A stretch of 64,000 bases of DNA from Heterodontus francisci. Its lineage: Eukaryota. Below, in pieces: positions 25,885 to 38,181 of the stretch. The notes beneath the pieces are model-generated. The model ran no database searches. It was not told the origin of the DNA and saw only the letters and a list, made by a program, of their open reading frames with translations. Every line of letters starts with the position of its first letter. The stretch's first letter is position 1. Position numbers and translations under genes: made by a program. The stretch spans positions 62,001 to 126,000 of the forward strand of contig NW_027142279.1 in NCBI RefSeq assembly GCF_036365525.1, read 5' to 3'.

Positions 25885-25923
25885 TGTTGTTGTTGAACTG
25901 CTCCATCTCTCTGAGTCACTGTG
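25885..25923 (-). other. 23-RSS of V8 (CACAGTG-23-ACAACAACA, degenerate nonamer)
   Basis: Heptamer 25917-25923, nonamer 25885-25893. Confidence 0.85.
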
Positions 25924-26375
25924 ATCTCTCCAGGCACAGAAATACACGACCGAGTGATTCTCCCACAGGCTGGAGGACTCCTGGTTGAACTCGGAATTCC
26001 TCTGTCTCCCGGCGGTGAAACCATCCACCGTCCCCTCTGGATCCACATGGTTAGCAGTATTGGAATAAAACATCAACAGCGGCTCCTTCCCCAGGTATTG
26101 TCTGTACCAGCACATTCTATCAGTACTGGTGCCCTGCACGGTGCACCTCAGTTCCACTGCTTCTCCACGCAATCTGGAGACAGCGGCACGAATCTGGTGG
26201 ATTGTCTGTGAGTTCACATCTGGGAGAGAGATGGAGAGAGGAGGAGATCATTAAATAGGGAACTTCTTGGAATGAAAGGGAGATAGAGAGAGGAAAGGAA
26301 AGTTATTAACGATATATTTGTATTTCACACTCACTTACAATGAAACAGGATTATCAGACCCAGTAACTGATACAT
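25924..26375 (-). CDS. TRBV: TCR beta V segment V8 (family C, TRBV30-like): leader 26339-26375, V exon 25924-26219; open reading frame
   Basis: Leader MYQLLGLIILFH; VNSQTIHQIRAAVSRLRGEAVELRCTVQGTSTDRMCWYRQ...VVYFCAWR. Some atypical residues (QTP to QIR, FNL to FNQ). Confidence 0.8.
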
Positions 26376-26686
26376 CTTTCACTACAACTTGTTCTCTTAC
26401 TAGACACAGGAGTGAGAGCAGGAGGTTAAAGTCTTGTGAGGGTCCAAATTCACTCTTTGCAAATCATTGGGAGGAACATGAAGAGCATTAGGAAGTGATA
26501 GAATGTTGGAGACGCCCATTCCCCAGGTCAACAAATCACAATCAAATTGGTTGCCAATGTCTTTCTCTCTCTCTCTTTGTCTCTCAGTCTACCTTCACTC
26601 TCTTTCTCTATCACTCCATCTCTCTCTCTCGAGCACTGTCTCCCTATCTGTCTCAGTCTCTTTGTCTCAGTCTCTCCTCAGTGTCC

Positions 26687-26717
<31 letters not shown>

Positions 26718-27040
26718 TATGTGTCTCTTGCTGTCTCGCTGTCTTTGCCTCTATCTCTGTCTACCTTTCTGTCTCAGTCTCTTTAACTCTGTCTGTCATT
26801 TTTCCTCTCTCTATCCACTCTCTCACTACATCTCTCTCTCTGTCACACACACACACTCTCTTTCTCACTCTAATTAAGTGGGTGTCCTTGTCCTGTTGAT
26901 GTGTATCAAGCTGGATCGGCGTGGTCTCCTGCTCTTTCAGTTTTCTCACTAAATCCTTCTCAAAGCCATTGTCTGTTACATGGTCCTGCAGCCCTCCGGT
27001 CCCACTTCCTCTGCTGTCCCTGTGGAGAAGGTAAACACAG

Positions 27041-27391
27041 GGGCAGCACAGTGGCTCAGTGGTCAGCACCACAGCCTCACAGCTCCAGCGACCCGGGTTC
27101 AATTCTGGGTACTGCCTGTATGGAGTTTGCAAGTTCTCCCTCTGTCTGCGTGGGTTTCCTCCGGGTGCTCCGGTTTCCTCCCACATGCCAAAGACTTGCA
27201 GGTTGATAGGTTAATTGGCCATTATAAATTGCCCCTAGTATAGGTAGGTGGTAGGGAAATATAGGGACAGGTGGGGATGTGGCAGGGATATGGGATTAGT
27301 GTAGGATTAGTATAAGTGGGTGGTTGATGGTCGGCACAGACTCGGTGGGCCGAAGGGCCTGTTTCAGTGCTGTATCTCTAAACTAAACTAA
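27041..27391 (+). mobile_element. Full-length tRNA-derived shark SINE (HE1/V-SINE type)
   Basis: tRNA-like head (gtggctcagtggtcagcac...gggttcaattc), V-SINE core, CR1-like tail ending (ctaaa)n; empty site seen in the paralog at ~18500. Confidence 0.85.
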
Positions 27392-30300
27392 ACAGGTTCA
27401 GTGCATAAAAACCCAGCTTATTGTCATTGATTCCTGATAGTGAATAGTTGCAGTGAATCTCAGTTCTGGTGACATCGTGATTAATCGTCCTTTGCCCCTT
27501 TCTCCAGTGCCTGTATCTCTAATCTCTCACTGTCACTGTAACCTGTCTTTTCTTAGGAATGTCGTCCTGCAGTTCCCTCCTACATCCCTTCCCCCCTCAC
27601 TATATGTAAAAACAAGACCCCCCCCCACCCCCACACCCCCGCCTCCCCACATTAGAAAACGGACAGCTCGTTTCAGCTTTACCTCGATGGGAGGGTGCAG
27701 GGAACATTTGTCTGGTGGATAGGAGAAATGTGTGGGTGTGTTGGATCCAGAGGGGCTGAATGGCCTCCTCCTGTTTATTGTGTTCCTGATAAACATTTTC
27801 CTCATCCCAGGGAAAGAAGACACTCTGAACGTGGTTAAAACCTGTATCTTTTTACTGATATTCTCTTCTGATAATTACAACCTTTCAGTTCCAGTATCAT
27901 CCATGTTAATCATTAATAGAAAGATAGAAAGCTTTCCAATACAGAAGGAGGGCATTCCTTGCATCTTCGCCAGTGTCTCTACATTTCGTTTCGAAGTTTT
28001 ATTCTAAGCGTCTCTTATTGTCCCAAAAAACGGTCACCCTGCAGCTCCCAGTCCACTGCTGGCTCGGGTGTAGATTTCTCAACCTCAGACTCAAATCCCT
28101 CATTGGCTTCGGCCTTCACTGGCTCTGAACCACCTCCAGCCCAACACCCCTCTGAGATATTGTCTGCATGTTTGTTGGTGTGTCTCTGTGTGTGTGTATA
28201 TCTGCATGTTTGTGTCTGTTTTTGTGTATCTGTACTGAGGGAGCGCTTCACTTTAATATGTTGGCACTTTTCCAACGACTTTCCAAAGTTTATTTGCACC
28301 ACATGTAAACGCCTCTCATTGAACCAATCAGACACCAGGTAAATAAAACCTCAGTGCTGTCAGCAAAATACAATTGACCCTTTTACCCCTTCTTGTTTGC
28401 TGTCACCAATTAACTCAGGCCTTGTTAACTGTTCAGGGGCCATACATAGAGACACATCACTCTCGGAGAGACAATACTGAATGAACACTGTGTTGTGAGG
28501 GGCACTCTAAGGGGGCCTGGGGAATAAAGGCCCCCTCGACAAATAATATATAAAAGGGGCCTGGGGTATAAAGGCTTCCTTTAAAAACAAACGGAGTTAG
28601 ATACAGAATAAAGCTCCCTCTCCGCTGTTCCCATAAAAAAAGAAGAGAAAGCGGGGTTGGTTGTTGCTTGATTGGAGGTGCTGCCTGCTGGTTGCAGCAA
28701 CGAACCCCAGCTAAAGAAAAAATAAAGGGGCGCTATATTAACCTGGAGCGGGGCCCTACTGGGAGATTACAGCACCATCGGAGGTGCAGTAAGGAGAGGG
28801 TGATGTACTCTCGGGAAGCAGTGCTGAGGGAGAGCTTCACTATCGGAGCATCATTCTTCCCACACTGCAGTTGTACAGGTTCCGGGAGTACTGTGTACAG
28901 TTTTGGTCTCCTTATTTGAGGAATGCTATACATACATTTGAGTGAGTTCAATGAAGGTTCACTCGGATGATTCCTGGGATTTCGGGATTATTTTATGAGC
29001 AGTGGTTGAGAGGTCTGGGTTTATGTTCCCCATAGTTTAAAACAATGCGAGGATATCTCTTTGAAACATAGACAATTGTTAGGGTGTGGTGGATGCTAAG
29101 AGTACCTTTTCCCTGGGATAGAGAGTCACAATTTCAGGATAAGGGGTTGGCCATTTGGGAATGAGATGAGTAGAAATGTCTTCACTCAGTGGGTTGTGAA
29201 TCTTTGGAATTCTCTACCCCTGAGAACTGTGGATGCTCACTCGTTGAGTAAAGTGAAGACCGAGATTGATAGATTTTTGGATTCAGAGAGAATCCAGGGA
29301 TATGAGGATTGGGTAAGAAGGTAGAGTCGAGGTTGAGGATTAGCTGTGATCCTATTGAATGGTGAAGCAGGCTCGAGGGGCTGAATGGCCTGCTCCTGCA
29401 GCTATTTAATGGATTCTGTGTTCCCCTGCCCATCCTGTTCTCCCTTTCTCTACTACCCTCCGCCTTTCCATTCCCCCTCCTTCTCTCACTCCTCCCTCTG
29501 CTCTGTGTATGGACAGTGAGGGGGTTCAGTGACAGAGCCATTCCTGACATCATTGCTGAATGGCCGTGCTCAAATGGTGAGCTTAACCTTATATGATCTG
29601 TAAACGGCACGAGAGCCAATAGTTTCTCCATATCTGCTGAAATAAATTAGATGACACTTTATTGTTTTATACTGAAGGGAATGCCAGTCTAGTTTCTCCA
29701 AAATGTCCTGATCATTGAACTCCTTCTGCTCAGGTATCATTGTAGTGATCCTGAGCATCACCCCTCCAAGGACGATGCTTACTGAGCTTTGGTTCACAGA
29801 ACTGAATGTAGTTACTCCACATGGGGTTTAGTCAGAGTTTCCCAGAATTGTGGTATATCCTTGACCCCTTTTCATCACAGCCCACTTGTGATTTAGAAAG
29901 CATCTGGTGGATCTGCTTAGGTTTGTTTTGGCAGCGGTTAATTCAACAGGAGTTGAACTTAAATCGCAGTGTGTTTGTCATCCTGTCAGACAGACATTGT
30001 GAACATTAGACTGCCAACTGTTGGTGTTCGAAGCAGCAGAGACTGATCGAAGGTAAAGTATAAATTATAATCACAGAGAAAATAGGTGAAATGTTTCATG
30101 GTGCCAGCTGATCGTAGATGACATTGTACAAGGACATGTAGAGAATTGTAAAATGTATTCTTGGGATGTGGGCATCGCTGGCATGGGGCAGCACTCTCTC
30201 AGTACTGACCCTCCGAAAGTGCAGCACTCCCTCAGTACTGACCCTCCGACAATGGAGCATTCCATCAGTACTGACCCTCCGACAGTGCGGCACTCCCTCA

Positions 30301-30409
30301 GTACTGACCCTCCAACAGTGCGGCACTCCCTCAGTACTGACCCTCCGACAGTGCAGCACTCCCTCAGTATAAACTCTTTGACAGAGAATCACTGCCTCTG
30401 TACTAACTG

Positions 30410-31120
30410 TGCGGCAATCTCCCCCAGCCCCTTCAATCCTCCCATTCTCTGTAACTTCCCCCAGCCCCTGCAACCCTTCCTGCCTCTGTAATCTCCTCCA
30501 GCGCCGACAAGCTTTCCTGTCTCTGGAACCTCCTCCAGCCCCTACATTCCTCCCTATCTCTGTAACCTCCTCCAGTCCATACAACCCTCCCTATCTCTGT
30601 AACCTCCTCCAGTCCCTGGAACTATCACTCTCTTTTGTAATCGCCTCCAGCCCCTACAATCCACCCTATCTCTGTTACCTCCTCCAGTGCCTACAACCAT
30701 CACTCTCTCTGTAATCGCCTCCAGCCCCTGCAACCCACCCTATCTCTGTAACCTCTTCCAGTGCCTACAACCATCACTCTCTCTGTAATCGCCTCCAGCC
30801 GATACATCCCACCCTATCTCCGTAACCTCCTCCAGCCCCGACAACCATCACTCTCTCTGTAACCTCCTCCAGCCCCTACAACTCTCCCTATCTCTGTAAC
30901 CTCCTCCAGTCCCTACAACCATCACTCTCTCTGTAATCGCCTCCAGCCGATACATCCCACCCTATCTCCGTAACCTCCTCCAGCCCCTACAACCATCACT
31001 CTCTCTGTAACCTCCTCCAGCCCCTACAACTCTCCCTATCTCTGTATATCCTCCAGCACCTTCAACAATCCCTGCCTTGGTAACCTCTTCCAGGCCCTAC
31101 AACGCTCCCTATCTCTATAA
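30410..31120. repeat. ~37-bp minisatellite (reverse-complement family copy at 45280-45600)
   Basis: taacctcctccagcccctacaaccctccctatctctg. Confidence 0.9.
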
Positions 31121-31354
31121 AGCATTCCAGAATTGAATGGGTTCTACAGAAATAAAGAAGGTGTGCAGTAGTCATTGCCGGTCACTACAGTGCAGAAAAT
31201 CCCTCTTTCCCCGCAGAGGCGGGAGGTAATAAACATTTATCTTAAGAAGGCAGCTCTAGAAAGAATCGACCACTGTCACTTTTGTCTGTCTCTCTCTCTC
31301 CCTCTTTCTCTCTCTCTGTCCGTCTCTCTCTCTGTCCTTCTTTCTCTCTGTCCG

Positions 31355-31389
<35 letters not shown>

Positions 31390-31510
31390 CCCTTGCTCTC
31401 TCTCTGTCGCTCTCTGTCGCTCTCTCTCAGTCTGTCGATGTATTTCTCTGTCTCTGTCGCGCTTGCTATCTCTCTCTCTTTGCCTCTCTCTCCCTCTATC
31501 TTTCTATCTT

Positions 31511-31673
31511 NNNNNNNNNNNNNNNNNNNNNNNNNNNNNNNNNNNNNNNNNNNNNNNNNNNNNNNNNNNNNNNNNNNNNNNNNNNNNNNNNNNNNNNNNN
31601 NNNNNNNNNNNNNNNNNNNNNNNNNNNNNNNNNNNNNNNNNNNNNNNNNNNNNNNNNNNNNNNNNNNNNNNNN
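31511..31673. other. Assembly gap (N run)
   Basis: Run of N. Confidence 1.
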
Positions 31674-31865
31674 CTCTCTATCTATCTCTCTCTCCGTCTC
31701 TCTCACTTGCTCTCTATCTATCGCTCTCTATCTTTGTCACCCTCTCTCTCTCTCGCTCTGTCTCTCTCACACTGACTGGGTCTTCGATTGGAAATTCTGT
31801 CCCATTGATGACCACCTCCCTTTGTTCCCTCATTCAGGATTTGGAGTGGGCAGGAAGATCCCACG

Positions 31866-33972
31866 ATGCGGACTCTCTGCTTGTTCCTGTTGGTGCTGTT
31901 CTGGGTCCCCGAGTCAGATGCGGTTGCACTAAATGACAATGTCTTGGCTGGAATTGTCTCACAGTAAGTGTTCATCCTGCCCAGGCCTTTCACCATTCAC
32001 TGACAGGGTTAGGCTGTGAGAATGGCCCAGGTATGAGGCTCCGCTCTGTCAAAGTGATGAGGGGGAGCAGGGCAGAGTCCAGTTAAATTAAAATAACATG
32101 GAACCACAGAGAGGGGAAGGTGAGCAAGAAAGGACTCAGAGTGAGACATGTCACTTCATCAGTAATCTGACTCACTGACCCCACTCACTGACCCCACTTA
32201 CTGACCCCACTCACTGACCCCACTCACTGACCCCTCTCACTGAACCCACTCACTGACCGCACTCACTGACCCCGCTCACTGACCCCACTTACTGACCCCA
32301 CTCACTGACCCCTCTCACTGACCCCACTGACTGACCCCACTGACTGACCCCAATCACTGACCCCTCTCATTGACCCCTCTCACTGACCCCACTCACTGAC
32401 CACACTCACTGACCCCTCTCACTGACCCCACTCACTGTCCCCACGCACTGACCCCTCTCACTGACCCCACTAACTGACCCCACTCACTGACCCCGCTCAC
32501 TGACCTCGCTCACTGACCTCGCTCCTCTCCCCTCCCGCTCTCTCTCCCTGTTGCCCTGTGTCTATCTCTTTCTCTCTCTATGTCTTCCATTCTATTTATC
32601 TCTTGGTTTGTGTTGCTGTTAATCTCTCACTGTATTTCTCCTGTCACTTGTCCCTCTCCATGCTCGACGGCCTGTCTATCTCTCTCATCTCTGTCTCTAT
32701 TACTTTATCCTTTTTCAGTTTATCACTGCCTCTGTTCCCTCTCTCTGTCTCTATCTGTATCTGTCTCCATCTTGTTCTTCCTTTTTCTGTCTCTATCTGT
32801 TTCTATGTACTTGTCTCCAGAACTCTTCCTTTCCCTGGCTTTGTTTCTTCTCTCCATCTCTGTCTCTCCTGCTGTCTTCTACCCTCCCTCTATCACATTC
32901 TCTGTCTCCCTCCCTCCATCCATCTCTCCACCTCTTTGTTTCTCCCTTGCTCTTGTTCCAATCACTCTTTCCATCTCTGTTTCATTGGAATGAGTTCATT
33001 CGGTCCCGTCCTTTCCAATGTCGTAAATTAATGACCAAATTTATTGAAATGCCACAGCATACAAGACTACGGGCCAAGTGCTGGGAAATAGGATTAGAAT
33101 AGTTAGGTGCTTGATGGCTGGCACAGACACGATGGGCCGAAGGGCCTGTTTCTGTGCTGTGTAACTCTTTGACTCTCTGACTCAAACTCCCAGTTTCCCT
33201 CCTTCCATCATGAGGTATGGTATTAAATAGGCAGGTGACCATAATCCACATCATACTGACCTGGCACAAGGAGAATTTCATTCACAATTCCTACCTTGAC
33301 TCTCACTTTGTGTTTGTCCCTTTCAGATTCCGACAAGTGTCTGGCCACCAGCCCAGCAGTACGACTGGGGGAGGACAGTTCGCCTTCCTGATGGTGTTAA
33401 CTCCTCAACAATGCACCGGTGCCAATATCAATCAGAATGTACAATTCAGACCCTCTGATTCAGGAAGACCGGTTATTCGTGGCGGTGTGAATTACTTCCT
33501 GAACAGTCGATCAGTAAACTACATCGCAGTTTACCCCAACACAGGAAGTCGCTGCTCAGAGAATAAACTGTTACACTTCACTCAGGAGGATCAACGCTAT
33601 GGGCAGACTGACAGTGCAGCTCGGCTGCTTCAGAATAGCATCAATAACCAGGGGCTGCAGGTTGGCTGTGTCATTCTCTACACCACCTACACCCCCTGCA
33701 TCCAGAGCTGCTTCAGTGGCAATGAGAATTGTGACATCCTCGCCGCGTTAGGCCAGGCACCCTTTAGCCACCCATGGGCTGGCCCGCAGGTTCAGAAGTA
33801 TTTTGTCTTCAGTACATTGTACCGATACGACAATAATAGAAATAAGATCCCCACAGTTCGAAACAAGCTGGGACAAGTTACCCAGGCAGGCTTTCACATC
33901 AGAAAGTGTGATGGGACCAACAGCCAAATACAGTGTCAGGACTGCACCCACCCTGGGGGCTACTGTATCTAG
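31866..33972 (+). CDS. SNAD1: Secreted AID/APOBEC-like deaminase (SNAD family), ~247 aa; coding exons 31866-31963 and 33327-33972
   Basis: Signal exon MRTLCLFLLVLFWVPESDA-VALNDNVLAGIVS splices in phase 2 (CA|gtaagt...tttcag|A) to FRQVSG...QFAFL...QQC...NYIAVYP...RCSENKLL...CVILYTTYTPCIQSC...FVFSTLYRYD...IRKC...CQDC...C*. This matches the SNAD motif order. Subfamily number not verified. Confidence 0.82.
32175..32520. repeat. 13-bp minisatellite in the SNAD intron
   Basis: (cactgaccccact)n. Confidence 0.95.
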
Positions 33973-34094
33973 TAAACAGTCTCACTACAGGAGGCAATAG
34001 CAGATCAGAGAGTCCCAGGAAAACAGTGCAAATCATTCTATTACTCTAGAAATCTATCTACTTCCATTTTATTCTGTTAATAATGCAGCTTTCC

Positions 34095-34690
34095 CCAGAT
34101 CACTCTCTATAATAATCCCTCATTCTCCAGATCACTCTCTATAACAATCCCTCATTCTCCAGATCAATCTCTATAACAATCCCTCATTCCCCAGATCACT
34201 CTCTATAACAATCCCTCATTCTCCAGATCACTCTCTATAATAATCCCTCATTCCCCAGACAACTCTCTACAATAATCCCTCATTCCCCAGGTCACTCTCT
34301 ATAATAATCCCTCATTCTCCAGATCACTCTCTAAAATAATCCCTCATTCTCCAGATCACTCTCTATTAAAATCCCACATACTCCAGATCACTCCCTATAA
34401 TAATCCCTCATTCTCCTGATCACTCTCTATAAAAATCCCTCATTCTCCAGATCACTCTCTATAATAATCCCTCATTCTCCAGATCACTCTCTATAATAAT
34501 CCCTCATTCTCTGGATCACTCTCGATAATAATCCCTCATTCTCCAGATCACTCCCTATAATAATCCCTCATTCTCCAGATCTCTCTCTATAAAAATCCCT
34601 CATTCTCCAGATCACTCCCTATAATAATCCCTCATTGTCCAGGTCACTCTCTATAATAATGCTTCATTCTCCAGGTCACTCCCTACAATG
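34095..34690. repeat. 32-bp minisatellite downstream of the SNAD stop
   Basis: (tcactctctataataatccctcattctccaga)n. Confidence 0.95.
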
Positions 34691-36349
34691 ATGCAGAACA
34701 ACAGTGAGAAGGATTTCAAACATTGAGCTGGAAAATTGTGTTTCACTTCAAACCAAGAGCACACTAATTCCCTAATGGGACACTGTGGATGAATAAAGAC
34801 ATGAGGGTGTTGGGGAAGGGGAGGAAGGAGTGTACACTCTGTCCATGGGTGGCAGGTGGCAGCACGCCAAGAGAGAAAGTGAAGGGAAGTCAAGTCCAAC
34901 AATTAGGAAGTCAGATTTGATCGGACAGTAGGGAGTGAATTTACTGATTATATAATTCATCTTGTAATTGATCTGGGAGATGTGTTAAACACATTGCTAT
35001 ATATTCTCAGTCATGCTCTGTAATCTTCCTCCAATCATTGAACACTGCAGTTTATGGATCATTTCACTAATCGCTGTTGAGCTGATGAAATTGTTTGATT
35101 GGCAGTGATAATATTTTTGGACCATTGTATCGAGTCCAATGGGTTGCAACCGTGATTACTGAGTGATTTCTCTCTGCAACTTTTAATCTTTAATAAAGCA
35201 TGTCTGGGCATTAACCTGCACTCTGTGTTTGTATGTGTGACTCCACTCATTTTTCTGGGGTTAAAGTTACTTTTGTTAAAATTAAACGACTGTTTGATCT
35301 CTTTCGCACACACACACAATCTCTCTTTCTCTCACTCTCTCTCGCTTTCTGTCTTTCTCTCTGTCCCAGGCTTTCCTTATCTTGGGCACTCTACCTCTCA
35401 TTCATTTTTCTCACTTTCTGTACACCCTCTTTTCCTCTAATTTCTCATTTTCCTTCTTACTCTGTCTCCATCACCCATTATCTCGTAGTCTCTCCGTCTC
35501 TCTATTTTCCTTTCCATTTCGTTCCCCCCCACATCCCCCCTCTCTCTCTTCTCTATTTCCCTCTCTGTTACTTGCTCTCGAACACTCTTGCTCTTTGTGG
35601 TTGGTTTATCTCCGACTTCTCCAATCGATCTTCAATAACTGAAATTCCTCATCCCTGGAACCATACTCGTGAATCTTTTCCGTTCTCTCTCCCTATGACT
35701 TATCAACAGGGTAGATGCAGGTAAGATGTTTCCCTTGGTTGGGGAGTCTACAACCAAGGTGCACAATTTCAAAATAAGGGGGAAGCCACTTGGGACTGAG
35801 ATGAGGAGAAATTTCTTTACTCAGAGGGTTGTGAATCTTTGGAATTCTCTATCCCAGAGGGCTGTGGAAGCTCAGTCATTGAGTATGTTTAAAGCAGAGA
35901 TTAACAGATTTCTAAATACCAATGACATAAAGGGATATGAGGATAGTCTGGAGAAAAGGCATTGATGTGGATGATCAGCCATGATAGTATTGAATGGCAG
36001 AGCAGTCTCAATGGGCTGAATGGCCTAATCCTGCTCCCTGTCTCACTGCAGTTACTGTTCCCTCTCACCATCTTAAATCCTTAAAAAAATTAAACACCTC
36101 CATTAGATTCCCCTGTCAATATTCTCATGTCGGGACTGCAAGCCTTGTCTATGCAACATTTCTTCATAATTTAACAGACTGGATGCTGGTGAAGTTAATG
36201 CATGGTTTCGGTTCTGGGAGCTGTGTCACTTTATTGCTGCTGGCTGAGCCTGTGAATTATAAATAGACAAGCTTGGATATAGTTAACAGATCAGACAGCC
36301 TCTGTGGGGAGTGAAAAGGAGTTAACATCATCAGCGAGAGAGGGACCAA

Positions 36350-37480
36350 TAACTGCAGTGAGATAGAGACACCAGCAGATGGAGATGGTGAGAGGGGGAG
36401 TAACTGCAGTGAGACAGGGCCACCAGTAGATGGAGATGGTGAGAAGTGGGGACATTAACTGCAGTGAGAGAGGGACATCAGCAGATGGAGATGGTGGGAG
36501 GGGGACAGTAACTGCAGTGAGAGAGGGACACCAGCAGATGGCGATGGTGAGAGGGGGAGTAACTGCAGTGAGGCAGGGACACCAGCAGATGGAGATGGTG
36601 GGAGGGGGAGTAACTGCAGTGAGAGAGGGACACCAGCAGATGGAGATGGTGAGAGGGGGAGTAACTGCAGTGAGACAGGGTCACCAGCAGATGGAGGTGG
36701 TCAGAGGGGGGACAGTAACTGCAGTGAGAGAGGGACACCAGCAGATGAAGATGGTGGGAGGGGGACCGTAACTGCAGTGAGAGAGTGTCACCAGCAGATG
36801 GAGATGGTGAGAGGGGGCAGTGGCTGCAGTGAGAGAGGGACACCAGCAGATGGAGATGGTGGGAGGGGGACAGTAACTGCAGTGAGAGAGTGTCACCAGC
36901 AGATGGAGATGGTGAGAGGGGGAGTAACTGCAGTGAGGCAGATGGAGATGGTCAGAGGGGTGACAGTAACTGCAGTGAGAGAGGGTCACCAGCAGATGGA
37001 GATGGTGAGAGGGGGGCAGTGACTGCAGTGAGAGAGGGACACCAGCAGATGGAGATGGTCAGAGGGGGGCAGTGACTGCAGTGAGAGAGGGACACCAGCA
37101 GATGGAGATGGTCAGAGGGGGGCAGTGACTGCAGTGAGAGAGGGAAACCAGCAGATGGAGATGGTGGGAGGGGGACAGGAACTGCAGTGAGAGAGTGTCA
37201 CCAGCAGATGGGGATGGTGAGTGGGGGAGTAACTGCAGTGAGGCAGATGGAGATGGTCAGAGGGGTGACAGCAACTGCAGTGAGAGAGGGTCACCAGCAG
37301 ATGGAGATGGTGAGAGGGGGGCAGTGACTGCATCGAGAGAGGGACACCAGCAGATGGAGATGGTCAGAGGGGGGCAGTGACTGCAGTGAGAGAGGGACAC
37401 CAGCAGATGGGGATGGTGGGAGGGGGACAGTAACTGCAGTGAGACAGGGTCACCAGCAGATGGAGATGGTGAGAGGGGGA
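36350..37480. repeat. ~51-54-bp minisatellite, ~21 copies
   Basis: gtaactgcagtgagagagggacaccagcagatggagatggtgagaggggga. Confidence 0.95.
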
Positions 37481-38142
37481 GTATGCCGTCCAGTTGTGGT
37501 CACCACACTTTCGGAAGGATGAGTGTCCTTGACAGGCTGCAGAGGAGATTTACCAGAATGGTTCCAGGGATGTTACATGGTTAGATTGGAGAATATGGGG
37601 TGGTTTTCCTTTGAGCAAAGGCGATTGAGGGGAGATCGGATAGGAGATGTACACGATTGTGACAGTGTTAGATAAAGTAGACAGAGTAAACCTGTTCCCA
37701 TTAGTGGATGGTGCAAGGACTATTGGTCACAGGTTGATGATTTTGGACAATAGATACTGGGGTATTTGAGGAAGAACCTCTATACACAGTGAGTGGTAAC
37801 AACAGGGAATTCACTGCCTACCAGGGTGGTGGAAGTGGAGACAATGAATGATTTCAAAAGGAAATTGAATGGACACTTGAAGGGGATAATCTTGCTAGAC
37901 CGCAGGGATAGAGAGGTGGAATGGAATTGACTAGATTGCATGGACTCGATGGGCCGAATGGCCTCCTTCTGTACCATACTGGCTGTATGACTTTCTGGCT
38001 AACTGGCTGTAAAGTGTTTTCAAATGACATGGTGTTGCAAAGGTCACCAATAGAGATACACAGGGGCTCGTTGGTTTGCTGAGCTTTCCAGATGCTGCTG
38101 CTCACAGGTGGGTGTTTTAGGGGCAGGTTGGGAGGGTGGGGA

Positions 38143-38181
38143 TGTTTTTGTCTCACTCTGCTGCAGGGTTGTATCGCTGTG
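38143..38181 (-). other. 23-RSS of V9 (CACAGCG-23-ACAAAAACA)
   Basis: Heptamer 38175-38181, nonamer 38143-38151. Confidence 0.9.

Noticed and set aside
29490-29800. Possible ancient V relic on minus (VNQSSVS...LIYF...KLTI, CACAGAG)
   Set aside because: No Cys, WYxQ, YYC or nonamer; cannot be supported without a profile search.
33217-33326. ORF-track N-terminus MVLNRQ... as the deaminase start
   Set aside because: Intronic read-through: a polypyrimidine acceptor at 33326 and an in-phase signal-peptide exon at 31866-31963 give a better model.
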